From: Candidatus Flemingiibacterium merdigallinarum
GTDB taxonomy: Bacteria; Bacillota; Clostridia; Oscillospirales; CAG-272
DNA length: 64,000 nt
Assembly (NCBI GenBank): GCA_904386005.1
Contig: CAJFKR010000001.1
Coordinates: 139,525 to 203,524, forward strand
Direction: 5' to 3'
Part shown: positions 44,802-53,935 of the stretch, in pieces
Layout of the letters: each line of letters opens with the position of its first letter
How positions within the stretch are numbered: the stretch's first letter is position 1
Translations under genes and position numbers: made by a program
The notes under the pieces: model-generated
What the model saw: only the letters and a program-made list of their open reading frames with translations
Told to the model about the DNA's origin: nothing
Databases searched by the model: none

Positions 44802-45563
44802 ATGGAAAAAATCACGGTTGACAACGGGCAGAAGTTCGACTTTGGGCGAACCTCAGCCGAATATGCGAAATACCGCGACATCTACCCGCCCGAGCTTTAC
44901 GACAGGCTGTATAGTCTCGGCGTCGGCGCGACGAATACACGCTGGCTCGACCTCGGCACCGGCACGGGTACAGTCGTGCGCGGACTCGCGAAATATGGCG
45001 CGGATATCGCAGCAATTGACAGCTCAAAGGAGCAGATAGCACAGGCAATCGAGCTGTCGCGCGGGTATGACAACATCAGATACGAGGTGGTCAGCGCCGA
45101 GGAGGCATCGTATCCCGAACACAGCTTCGACACAGTCACCGCCTGTCAGTGCTTCTGGTACTTTGATCCGGCGGCAGTAGTGCCGAAGATAAAGAAATGG
45201 CTGAAATCGGGCGGAATGTTTCTGAAGCTGTATATGAGCTATCTCAAGGAAGACCCGATTGCGAGCCGTTCGCACGCGCTCGTAAAGGAGCTGAACTCGA
45301 ACTGGACCGGCGGTTCGGCGGCAGTGCAGGATCTGCGGACACATTATTTCGACGCCCCGCAGCTTGACAGCTTTTGTATAGACCTGCCGTTCACGCGCGA
45401 GAGCTGGCACGGTCGAATCAAAGCTTGCCGTGGTGTGCTCGCGTCTATGGACAGCGACACGTTCAGGCGTTTTGAGGAGCGTCACCTCGAATTGCTTAGG
45501 ACTCTGCCCGAGCACTTCACGGTGAGACACAAGGTTTTTCTGACCTATTACATTATGAAATAA
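44802..45563 (+). CDS. Class I SAM-dependent methyltransferase
   Basis: Motif I WLDLGTGTGTVVRGL, with an acidic residue after beta-2 (AIDSS). Confidence 0.8.
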   Translation: MEKITVDNGQKFDFGRTSAEYAKYRDIYPPELYDRLYSLGVGATNTRWLDLGTGTGTVVRGLAKYGADIAAIDSSKEQIAQAIELSRGYDNIRYEVVSAEEASYPEHSFDTVTACQCFWYFDPAAVVPKIKKWLKSGGMFLKLYMSYLKEDPIASRSHALVKELNSNWTGGSAAVQDLRTHYFDAPQLDSFCIDLPFTRESWHGRIKACRGVLASMDSDTFRRFEERHLELLRTLPEHFTVRHKVFLTYYIMK

Positions 45564-45624
45564 TATATCCCCCTCAACTCTGAGATTCGGTTGAGGGGGT
45601 ATCTTTATCTTAAATTGTACGAAA

Positions 45625-46821
45625 TCAGTAATACCAACTCGAGTCAAGTTCGTCGAGCGTGCCGAACGAATAACCCTCGTCCTGCAAGAACTCGATAATC
45701 CAACCGAGCATATCGGCGGTTTCGGTGTAGGATTCGTGCAGCAGTATAATCAGAGGAGAGTTTTTCAGCGACGAGCCGTATTTGAAGGTGTCAGTAAAAT
45801 TTTTCTTGAGCCATTCGTCGGCGGTCATATTGGCAGGACATTTTTTCAGCATACTGTCGTAGTTCGCGCAGTTCCAGTCGTAGCCCTTGTAGCCGAGCTC
45901 GGATAGCTTGCCTTTCAGGTCGAGCGCGCTCTTTTTAGTCGAGCCTCCGGGGAACCGGAACAGCTTTTCGTCCGGTACCTCGCCGAGCGCGTTGTTTATC
46001 GCCGACTCCCATTCGGAGATTTCGGCTTCAAGCCCGCCCTCCTTTTGTATGCGCGCGTAGTCGTGGTCGTAGGAATGGCAGCCGATTGCATGTCCGCGCT
46101 CGTAGCAGTCGGCGACCAGCTGCGGGTAGGAGTCTACGAGGTAGCCGACGGTGAAGAAGGTCGCTTTGACGCCGTATTCGTCAAGCGTGTCGAGGATTGT
46201 CGCGATGTTCTTTTTGTTCGGTCCGTCGTCAAAGGTCAGGTATGCGACCTTGCCGCTCGAAGGCTTCGCGGCGGCAGTATCGGCTGCCGTCGATGTACCT
46301 GCGGCAGTATCGGCTGCCGTCGACGTATCTGCGGTGGTATCGGCTGCCGTCGATGTACCTGCGGTGGTATCGGCTGCGGGTGACGTATCTGCGGTCGTCT
46401 CGGCTGTAGTTGATATGTCAGCCGTTTTTGGCTCGGCGGCGTCCGATTCGGCAGTATCGTCGGGCTCTTCCGGCTTGGCTGTGACCGGCGCGGCGGTTTC
46501 GGATTCGAGCGATTCGGTATTGTCGCTGCTTACTTCAATTTCAGTGGTTTCGGGGAGCGGCGTGTATATCGAGTCGTCTGACGCTGTCTCGGCACAGACC
46601 TCGGTTTCGGTCGGAATGTGCGCGGATGACGTTTCGGTCGTATCACGGCGATATGGCACAACGGTGCGCCGTGTCAGATATGCGTCCTCGGCGCTGACCC
46701 GTGACGCGAAATTCGCACAGGATACTGCCAATACAGTGAATATTGCAAGTATTGCAACCGTAAGTATACGCGATATACGTAAAGCTGTGTATGGTTTGTG
46801 ATTTGCGGCTCTGTGTTTCAT
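45625..46821 (-). CDS. Membrane-anchored polysaccharide deacetylase (NodB homology domain) with long Thr/Ala/Asp-rich repeat linker
   Basis: NodB motifs YLTFDDGP and HSYDH. N-terminal TM segment ILTVAILAIFTVLAV. Confidence 0.85.
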   Translation of the reverse strand: MKHRAANHKPYTALRISRILTVAILAIFTVLAVSCANFASRVSAEDAYLTRRTVVPYRRDTTETSSAHIPTETEVCAETASDDSIYTPLPETTEIEVSSDNTESLESETAAPVTAKPEEPDDTAESDAAEPKTADISTTAETTADTSPAADTTAGTSTAADTTADTSTAADTAAGTSTAADTAAAKPSSGKVAYLTFDDGPNKKNIATILDTLDEYGVKATFFTVGYLVDSYPQLVADCYERGHAIGCHSYDHDYARIQKEGGLEAEISEWESAINNALGEVPDEKLFRFPGGSTKKSALDLKGKLSELGYKGYDWNCANYDSMLKKCPANMTADEWLKKNFTDTFKYGSSLKNSPLIILLHESYTETADMLGWIIEFLQDEGYSFGTLDELDSSWYY

Positions 46822-46990
46822 TGGTTTCGTACTCCCCTCTTATATCCTTTTGTATATATGACGAAAATAATGTTGAAAAGTTCCGATATAACAACAAAAT
46901 GCGTGAAAGTTTGATTATAGTTCATATTTAGTTAACAATATTACCGTCATCAGCGTCATTGCCGTCATCGCGTCAAGACAAAACTATGCC

Positions 46991-47024
46991 AAGATATAAA
47001 TAGACCCGCGATCGGTCGCGGGTC
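46991..47024 (-). terminator. Terminator of fucI
   Basis: Stem gacccgcga/tcgcgggtc with loop tcgg. TATTTATATCTT follows on the minus strand. Confidence 0.6.
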
Positions 47025-47062
47025 GGGATATTGAGGTTGTACTATATGCGCAAATAGCTACA

Positions 47063-48829
47063 TTATTTATACAGCGGACCGTATGCGGCGCAGGCACGGT
47101 AGTCTGCGTCCTCGAGGTTGGTCGTGCCGAATGCCGACCATGCGTGCGGACGGTAGACCTTGTCTGCCGGAATATTGTGCATCGATACCGGTATGCGCAG
47201 CATCGAAGCGAGAGTAAGGATATCCGCGCCGATGTGTCCGTAAGCGAACGCGCCGTGGTTTGCGCCCCAGTTAGCCATTACGCTGTAGACATCGGTGAAC
47301 GCGCCCTCTCCGGTGAGCGTCGGTGCGAACCAGATCGAAGGCCAGGTCGGGTCGGTGCGGTCGAGCAATGTATGGGTTACCTTGTCGGGCAGCTCAACGG
47401 TGTAGCCCTCGGCGACCTGGATTACCGGTCCTAATTTGTCGACGAGGTTGACGCGAACCATCGTAACCGGCATTTCGCCCTTCGATATGTACTGGCTCGA
47501 GAATCCGCCGCCGCGGAAGTAGCCCTTGTTCGCCGGAGCCCACTTCGTGTTGGCGAGCATAGCCTCGATGTCGGCGTCGGTGACGTTCCACCATTCCTTC
47601 ATGACCGAGTTGCCGTTTTCGTCCTTAGCCGCGCCGTTGCCGTCGAGTGCCGACGCGCCAGAGTTGATAAGGTGCATGAAGCCGCCCGATGCCTTGCCGG
47701 TGACCTCAAAGCCGGCGACGCGCTTGACCGCGTCGGGGCTCCAGTAGGTGCGCACGTCGGAGAATACCGCCGGACGGTTCGAGACGAGGTTCAGAAGCAG
47801 CATAGCGAGACCGTTGAGGTTGTCATTCTCGGTAGCGAGAATGAACGGCGGGCGCTTGCCGTTCCAGTCGAACGTCGTGTTGAGTATAGCCTCGGTGAAG
47901 TCAGCGTTCGGCATATAGTCGGTCCACTGGCGCTGACCCTGGAAGCCGCCAAAGATAGCGTTGCGGCCGTTCGACTCCTCGATGTAGCCCATTTCGGCGA
48001 GCTTCGGGTTTCCGAGCATAATGTCGCGGACGATGAGCGTCATCTTCGCGATAAACTCCCACTCCTTCTCGTCCTGCTCGGCGTTGTTCTGCCATTCGGG
48101 CGGATTGACCTCGAGACCCTTCGGGCAGTTCTTCTTGATCCACGCGAGTTCCTTCTCGTATTCGTCGTGATCGTAGATGCCGAGGTCTACGCGGCGGAGA
48201 ATCTCAACCATGTCGACCCACTCGGCGCGAATTCCGAGATACTTCTGCATGAAGTCGGGATCTGCGAACGAGCCGGCGATACCCATTGCGACCGCGCCGA
48301 GTCCGCAGTATGCCTTGCCGCGCATGAGTCCGACCGCGATAGCGCAGCGCGCGAAGCGGAGGATTTTTTCAGCGACGTCGGCGGGAATCGTCGTGTCGCC
48401 CATGTCCTGAACGTCGTGACCGTAGATCGCGAACGCGGGAAGTCCGCGCTGTGCGTGCGCGGCCATGACGGCGGCGAGGTAGACCGCGCCGGGGCGCTCG
48501 GTGCCGTTGAAGCCCCAGACCGCCTTAGTCGTCAGCGGGTCGAGGTCCATAGTCTCGCTGCCGTAGCACCAGCAGGGAGTTACCGACAGGGTCGCGCAGA
48601 CGTTCAGCTTTGAGAATTTCTCGGCGCAGAGAGCGGCTTCCTTGCCGCCGCCGATAGTGGTGTCGGCGATGACGCACTCGACGTGCGTTCCGTCCGGATA
48701 GAAGAGCGTCGACTCGATTAACTCCTTTGCGGCGCGAGCCATGTTCATCGTCTGATCCTCAAGGCTCTCGCGGATTCCGCGGCGGCGTCCGTCGATTATC
48801 GGGCGGATGCCGATTACCGGTTTGTTCAT
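47063..48829 (-). CDS. fucI: L-fucose isomerase
   Basis: 588 aa. N-terminus [24 protein letters not shown] and overall colinearity with FucI. Confidence 0.92.
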   Translation of the reverse strand: MNKPVIGIRPIIDGRRRGIRESLEDQTMNMARAAKELIESTLFYPDGTHVECVIADTTIGGGKEAALCAEKFSKLNVCATLSVTPCWCYGSETMDLDPLTTKAVWGFNGTERPGAVYLAAVMAAHAQRGLPAFAIYGHDVQDMGDTTIPADVAEKILRFARCAIAVGLMRGKAYCGLGAVAMGIAGSFADPDFMQKYLGIRAEWVDMVEILRRVDLGIYDHDEYEKELAWIKKNCPKGLEVNPPEWQNNAEQDEKEWEFIAKMTLIVRDIMLGNPKLAEMGYIEESNGRNAIFGGFQGQRQWTDYMPNADFTEAILNTTFDWNGKRPPFILATENDNLNGLAMLLLNLVSNRPAVFSDVRTYWSPDAVKRVAGFEVTGKASGGFMHLINSGASALDGNGAAKDENGNSVMKEWWNVTDADIEAMLANTKWAPANKGYFRGGGFSSQYISKGEMPVTMVRVNLVDKLGPVIQVAEGYTVELPDKVTHTLLDRTDPTWPSIWFAPTLTGEGAFTDVYSVMANWGANHGAFAYGHIGADILTLASMLRIPVSMHNIPADKVYRPHAWSAFGTTNLEDADYRACAAYGPLYK

Positions 48830-48856
48830 AATAATATCCCCTTTTCTTTAGGTTAC

Positions 48857-48950
48857 TTCTAAAAATACATAAAAATTCGTGGGAAAAGTAAATCGATGCC
48901 TATGGTATCGATTTATCTTTTCCTTCAGATCGTATTTTTAGAGGTTACCT
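48857..48950. repeat. 94-nt nested-palindrome element, copy B (immediately 5' of the fucI RBS)
   Basis: Roughly 85% identical by eye to 19641..19734. The palindrome arms extend to about 48850..48951. Confidence 0.8.
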
Positions 48951-49264
48951 GTATAGTTTTTGGCAGCGGGCGGATTGCTGGGCTGTAAGCGGATATGTAT
49001 TAGCCCGCGACCTTATTGATTTAAGTATACATATTAAATATACCATACCGCGCGCCATTTTGCAATAGATTTTTTATTATTTTATATGAATTTTCCGGTA
49101 AAGGGAGAAAAATGACTTCGGGCGATAAATCCGGTCGTTGTTATGTAAATTGCCGCAATTGTATTGACAGCGGTAGAAAATTATGCTACAATGTAGATAC
49201 CGAAAGAATAATTCGGAAACGCGGGAAAAGCTATGTTCATGATCAATGAAAGCGAGGGGATGAA

Positions 49265-50236
49265 ATGAAGCATTGGGCAATCGGCGTGCTGCTTGTATTT
49301 ATATGCTGTCTATCCATATCCTGCGCGGATATAGCCGACGACGGCAATTTGAACACGCCGTCGCCGCGAATCGCGTGGCTTGATAGGATTGTCAGAATTG
49401 AACTCGGCGATGACGCTGACCGCATTGTGTCGTCCGACGGCGAGACTATGTATACGTCCGATGGCGAGCTGCTCGGACTCACCGCCGCCGACGGCTGTGT
49501 ATACTTCCTCGAGCGAGAGGCGAACGGCGGTTCGGCATTGAGCCGCGACGTGACTATAGGCAGAATCGACGCGGACGGTACCGTACACAATCTGACAAGC
49601 GAGCTGTTTTCTGACAGTGAAATACACAACGAGCTCGGATTCATACGCATACTTGACGGCAAAATCTTCATCTCGGGCGCGTCGGCATACGGCGACGCGT
49701 ATCTCTGCGACCCCGAAACCGGAAATGTCAGCTTACGAAATATGCCGGCGACGAACGCGCTCGACAGCGAGAATATCTACTACACCGACGGCGGGTACGA
49801 GATATACCGTCTGACCGCCGACAATTTCGGGGGTGAAGCGGAAATTTACTACGACGGCAGTGACTTTGTCGGCTGGGAGGACGCGGAATATTATGTCGGC
49901 GTCGGAATCGAACAATTATGCGTTGGCGGCGGCAGATTGTACTTTACAGTATCGGCATCTGACGGGTATCGGATATATTCATACGACGGCGAGCTGTCGC
50001 TTCTGCACACAAACGAAAATCCGGTGCGTCAGCTGCAATATTACGGCGGTGAGCTGTATTATTCGGACGAAAACGGAATCTGGCGGCTTTCGGACGAGCC
50101 GGAGCGGATATGCGGGCTCTGTGCGCGCGGGGGCGAGTCGGGTCGGCTGCAAATGTTCGCCTGCGATTTTGTGATACACTCGGGTCGGCTTTACTATGAT
50201 ATCGACGATTTGACAGTATACGAGGAGCTTGGATAA
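49265..50236 (+). CDS. Hypothetical lipoprotein, beta-propeller-like (DUF5050-like YY repeats)
   Basis: Lipobox VFICCLSISCAD. Repeated ...YY.D....I.R... strands. Confidence 0.6.
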   Translation: MKHWAIGVLLVFICCLSISCADIADDGNLNTPSPRIAWLDRIVRIELGDDADRIVSSDGETMYTSDGELLGLTAADGCVYFLEREANGGSALSRDVTIGRIDADGTVHNLTSELFSDSEIHNELGFIRILDGKIFISGASAYGDAYLCDPETGNVSLRNMPATNALDSENIYYTDGGYEIYRLTADNFGGEAEIYYDGSDFVGWEDAEYYVGVGIEQLCVGGGRLYFTVSASDGYRIYSYDGELSLLHTNENPVRQLQYYGGELYYSDENGIWRLSDEPERICGLCARGGESGRLQMFACDFVIHSGRLYYDIDDLTVYEELG

Positions 50237-50251
50237 CAGGGAAGTGGTGAC

Positions 50252-50704
50252 GTGAAAAGGTCGCTGTATATATACGCGGGGATTTTGATACTGCACGCGA
50301 TGAATATGTGCGTCAATTTCTATATTGTCTGGCAGTTGAATATACGCAAGTCGTACGACCCGCCGGAGGGGTGGTTCGAGAGGGCTGACCGGCGAATGTT
50401 CATCGCATCGGCACTGGTATTGACGGTGACGGCAATATATCTGCTGGTGATGTGCCGAAGCGAGCGGTGGCTATGTCTATATCCGGCGGCGCTGACGTTC
50501 GTGAGCGGCGTTTCACTTATATCCGCGCGGTTTGAGTGGTCGACGCCGCTGCAACTGCTGATTGATTTTATAGGCGCGCTGCCGGTGGGGGCGCTCGGGT
50601 TCATCGACCGCGGGCACGAGTACGAGCTGTCACTGGTGTACTATGCTGTGCTGACGTTGCTGGTGGTGTGCGTGATGTTGGTTCGGAGACGGGGGCGGGA
50701 ATGA
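50252..50704 (+). CDS. Hypothetical membrane protein (4 TM)
   Basis: GTG start and four hydrophobic segments. No family recognised. Confidence 0.45.
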   Translation: MKRSLYIYAGILILHAMNMCVNFYIVWQLNIRKSYDPPEGWFERADRRMFIASALVLTVTAIYLLVMCRSERWLCLYPAALTFVSGVSLISARFEWSTPLQLLIDFIGALPVGALGFIDRGHEYELSLVYYAVLTLLVVCVMLVRRRGRE

Positions 50705-50737
50705 ACAGCCAGCTTTTATTTTAGGAGGTGATACTGT

Positions 50738-51532
50738 ATGAAAAAATTGGCTGTTTGTGCAGGTCTTATCACTGTGTTATACCTTATGCAAAGCTGTGCG
50801 GGCAATCAGGTCGAAAGCTCAGCGACTGAAATGGTGAATACTACGCCGGTCTCACCGTCCGACGCGTATTCAACCTCTCCGGCTGAAAGCAGCATAGACG
50901 AAACAACACAAACCGCGTCAGTATCAACGCCGGTTGATTATTCGAATACACAAACCTTTGACAGTATACGGGAAATGAAATTATCAATAGAAGGTACATC
51001 AACTGACTTATCTCTTACCGAAAATACCGATATTAATTCCCTGATTTGGCGCGAGCTCACCGGTCTTGACAGTGAGTATTCGGAGGACTTTGTAGAATGG
51101 TCAGGCGGCGGCAGTTATTTCATCTATTATACAAATGGAGAATATGTGACAGCCTTTATGCCGTTTTCGACTGAAGCGGAGCTGTCGGACGCAATGAATA
51201 GTTGGCTTTCAGTCGACGGAACATATGAAAGCCTTACTGCAAACGAGCGGATATCGGATATAGTCAAAAACGATATTGACACCGAGCTCGGCACGATGTA
51301 TGAATGTACATATAATACTGACAAGGTCGAGGGACTGAAAACCCGATATCACGAATATACCGATGAGGGCGGGAGAACCTACATCCTTTCGCAATCGTTT
51401 ATGTCAGACGGCAGTCTGTCAAGCAACGCGTTGTTTGTGTTTGATGGCGAAGCGTCGTTTATGTGCAGCGGAAATGACCCGAGCTTTACGATGAACTCGG
51501 CACTTAGTCTGATATCGGCTGCAATTGAATGA
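50738..51532 (+). CDS. Hypothetical lipoprotein
   Basis: Lipobox VLYLMQSCAG. TAGGAGG RBS. Confidence 0.6.
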   Translation: MKKLAVCAGLITVLYLMQSCAGNQVESSATEMVNTTPVSPSDAYSTSPAESSIDETTQTASVSTPVDYSNTQTFDSIREMKLSIEGTSTDLSLTENTDINSLIWRELTGLDSEYSEDFVEWSGGGSYFIYYTNGEYVTAFMPFSTEAELSDAMNSWLSVDGTYESLTANERISDIVKNDIDTELGTMYECTYNTDKVEGLKTRYHEYTDEGGRTYILSQSFMSDGSLSSNALFVFDGEASFMCSGNDPSFTMNSALSLISAAIE

Positions 51533-51540
51533 ATAATCTC

Positions 51541-51574
51541 ATCTCCGGCAGCTTCGCTGCCGGAGATTTTTTTC
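51541..51574 (+). terminator. Rho-independent terminator
   Basis: 11-bp stem atctccggcag/ctgccggagat followed by T7. Confidence 0.75.
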
Positions 51575-51701
51575 ATTTTTTTTGTCTTTTTCCCCTTGCC
51601 AAACCCCGCGCTTTGCGGTATAATATTCACAAAGCAATATGATTTGTCCTGCTAAAACACAGGATATATCTGCCAAAATCAGTCAGAAAGGATAATTGCC
51701 A

Positions 51702-53687
51702 ATGTCACAAGCCCTGCTTGACTATGTCCTCGCCGGTGAGCATCACGCGTTCCGCCGAGACGCCGCCGACGCGCTCGGAATCGACAATCTCGCCGAATAC
51801 TACCGCGCCGCCGGACTTACGCCCGAGGAGCGCATGGCGGACCGCTTCGAGCGGCTCTGCCGTGCCGAAACACCGCGTATACTTCCGGACGAAAAAATCT
51901 GCTATGTCCGCACGATAAAAAATATCCCCGACTGCTTCACGCCCGACGAGTGGGACGAGATACGAAAAGGTCACTTCATCCACGAGATCGGCTATATCTC
52001 GAACCTCTCGCCCGACTACGCGAAGGCAATCTCGCGCGGCCTCGTTGCACTGCGCGAAGAAGCCGACGAATACGGACGGCGCGCTATCGACAACATCATC
52101 GACCTCGCCGACCGCTACCGCGACGAGGCTTTGCGTATCGGCCGCGGCGACATCGCCGCGACGCTCGAGCGCGTGCCGCGCTACGGCGCGACGAATCTGC
52201 GCGAGGCGTTGCAGTTCTTCCGGATAATCCACTTCTCGCTCTGGCTCGAGGGCAACTACCACGTCACGACCGGACGCTTTGACAAATACATCTACCCCTA
52301 CTTCAAAGCCGACATGGACAAGGGAATATATACGCGCGAGACCGCGCTCGAGCTCATCGAGGACTTCTTCATCTCGTTCAACAAGGACAGCGACCTCTAC
52401 CCCGGAGTTCAGCAGGGCGACAACGGTCAGTCCATGGTGCTCGGCGGCCGCGACAAAAACGGGCGCGAATGGTTTTCCGAGCTGTCCGAGCTCTGCCTTG
52501 AGGCGAGCCGGAATCTCGGGCTGATCGACCCGAAGATAAACCTGCGCGTGTCGAAGTCGACTCCGATCGATGAATACATAAAGGGCACCGAGCTCACCCG
52601 CGCCGGACTCGGCTTCCCGCAGTATTCGAACGACGACGTCGTAATCGACGGGCTTGTCTCGCTCGGATATTCGCCCGAGGACGCGGCGAACTATGTCGTC
52701 GCCGCCTGCTGGGAGTTTATAATCCCGGGCTGCGCGTTTGATGTCGTGAATATCGGCGCGCTGTCATTCCCTAAGGTTATCGACACTGTGCTTCACACGA
52801 GCTTTTCGGGCTGCAATGACTTTGACGAGCTGCTGGGGAAAGTGCGCGACGAAATCAACGCCGAATGCGACTCGATAACCTCGAAGATTCACGATTTGTG
52901 GTTTGTGCCGTCGCCGTTCATGTCGGTCATGCTCGACGATATCAAGTACCGCAATTTCGGCATACACGGCACCGGCATCGCGACCGCCGCCGACTCGCTC
53001 GCGGCGATTCGAAAATATGTCTATGACGATAAATCCATAACTCCAACCGAGCTTATCGCCGCGGTCGACGACAACTTCGAGCACACTCCCGAGCTGTTGC
53101 ACAAGCTGCGCTATGACGCGCCGAAGATGGGACGTGACGACGACTATGTCGACGGTATCGCTACGTCGCTCGAGGATATGTTCGCCGACTCGCTCGCCGG
53201 CCGCCGGAACTGTGAGGGCGGAATCTATCGCGCCGGAACCGGCTCGGCTATGTACTACCTCTGGCACGCCGCCGAAATCGGCGCGTCGCCCGACGGCAGA
53301 CGCCGCGGCGAGCCGTTCGGCACGAACTTCTCGCCGAGCCTGTTTGCCGATACTGACGGTCCGGTGTCGGTCATAAAGTCGTTCACAAAGCAGCATCTCG
53401 GCAGGGTGATAAACGGAGGTCCGCTGACGCTCGAGTTCCACAACAGCGTATTCCGCGGCGACGACAGCCTTGAAAAAGTCGCGGCTATAGTCAAGTATTT
53501 TATCGACCGCGGCGGTCATCAATTGCAGCTGAACTCGGTCAATCTCGAGACGATGAAGGACGCGAAGCTGCACCCCGACAAGTACCGCCGTCTGGTCGTG
53601 CGGATCTGGGGCTGGAGCGCGTACTTTGTCGAGCTCGACCCCGAGTATCAGGATCATGTTATCGCGAGACAGGAATACAGCATTTAG
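51702..53687 (+). CDS. Glycyl-radical enzyme GRE-3, 661 aa (shortest of the three)
   Basis: C-terminal VVRIWGWSAYF with Gly codon at 53610..53612. Thiyl loop AACWE with Cys codon at 52707..52709. GAAAGGA RBS before ATG 51702. Confidence 0.9.
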   Translation: MSQALLDYVLAGEHHAFRRDAADALGIDNLAEYYRAAGLTPEERMADRFERLCRAETPRILPDEKICYVRTIKNIPDCFTPDEWDEIRKGHFIHEIGYISNLSPDYAKAISRGLVALREEADEYGRRAIDNIIDLADRYRDEALRIGRGDIAATLERVPRYGATNLREALQFFRIIHFSLWLEGNYHVTTGRFDKYIYPYFKADMDKGIYTRETALELIEDFFISFNKDSDLYPGVQQGDNGQSMVLGGRDKNGREWFSELSELCLEASRNLGLIDPKINLRVSKSTPIDEYIKGTELTRAGLGFPQYSNDDVVIDGLVSLGYSPEDAANYVVAACWEFIIPGCAFDVVNIGALSFPKVIDTVLHTSFSGCNDFDELLGKVRDEINAECDSITSKIHDLWFVPSPFMSVMLDDIKYRNFGIHGTGIATAADSLAAIRKYVYDDKSITPTELIAAVDDNFEHTPELLHKLRYDAPKMGRDDDYVDGIATSLEDMFADSLAGRRNCEGGIYRAGTGSAMYYLWHAAEIGASPDGRRRGEPFGTNFSPSLFADTDGPVSVIKSFTKQHLGRVINGGPLTLEFHNSVFRGDDSLEKVAAIVKYFIDRGGHQLQLNSVNLETMKDAKLHPDKYRRLVVRIWGWSAYFVELDPEYQDHVIARQEYSI

Positions 53688-53912
53688 TGAGGAGTTAGGA
53701 GTTAGGAGTGAGGAGTTTCGGTAGAAATTCGCCGAAGGCGAATTTCTGAAACAGAGTGGACTCAAATTCGCGAAGCGAATCCGAGAGAGTGGAGAGTGTG
53801 TGGTCTCAAACCGCCGAAGGCGGTTTGAGAGCTGTGGAAGCAATTCGCCGGCGGCGAATTGCAATTGTTGGAAATTAGAATCCGGCGGATTTGGAAATGA
53901 GTGGTCTCACCA
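53688..53912 (+). repeat. GA-rich modular hairpin array between GRE-3 and AE-3
   Basis: AGGAG x4 run at 53689..53715. Hairpins at 53723..53747, 53761..53787, 53804..53830, 53840..53862 and 53879..53891. The core is shared with 28318..28400. Confidence 0.7.
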
Positions 53913-53935
53913 CACGATTATGAATTATCCCGGCT

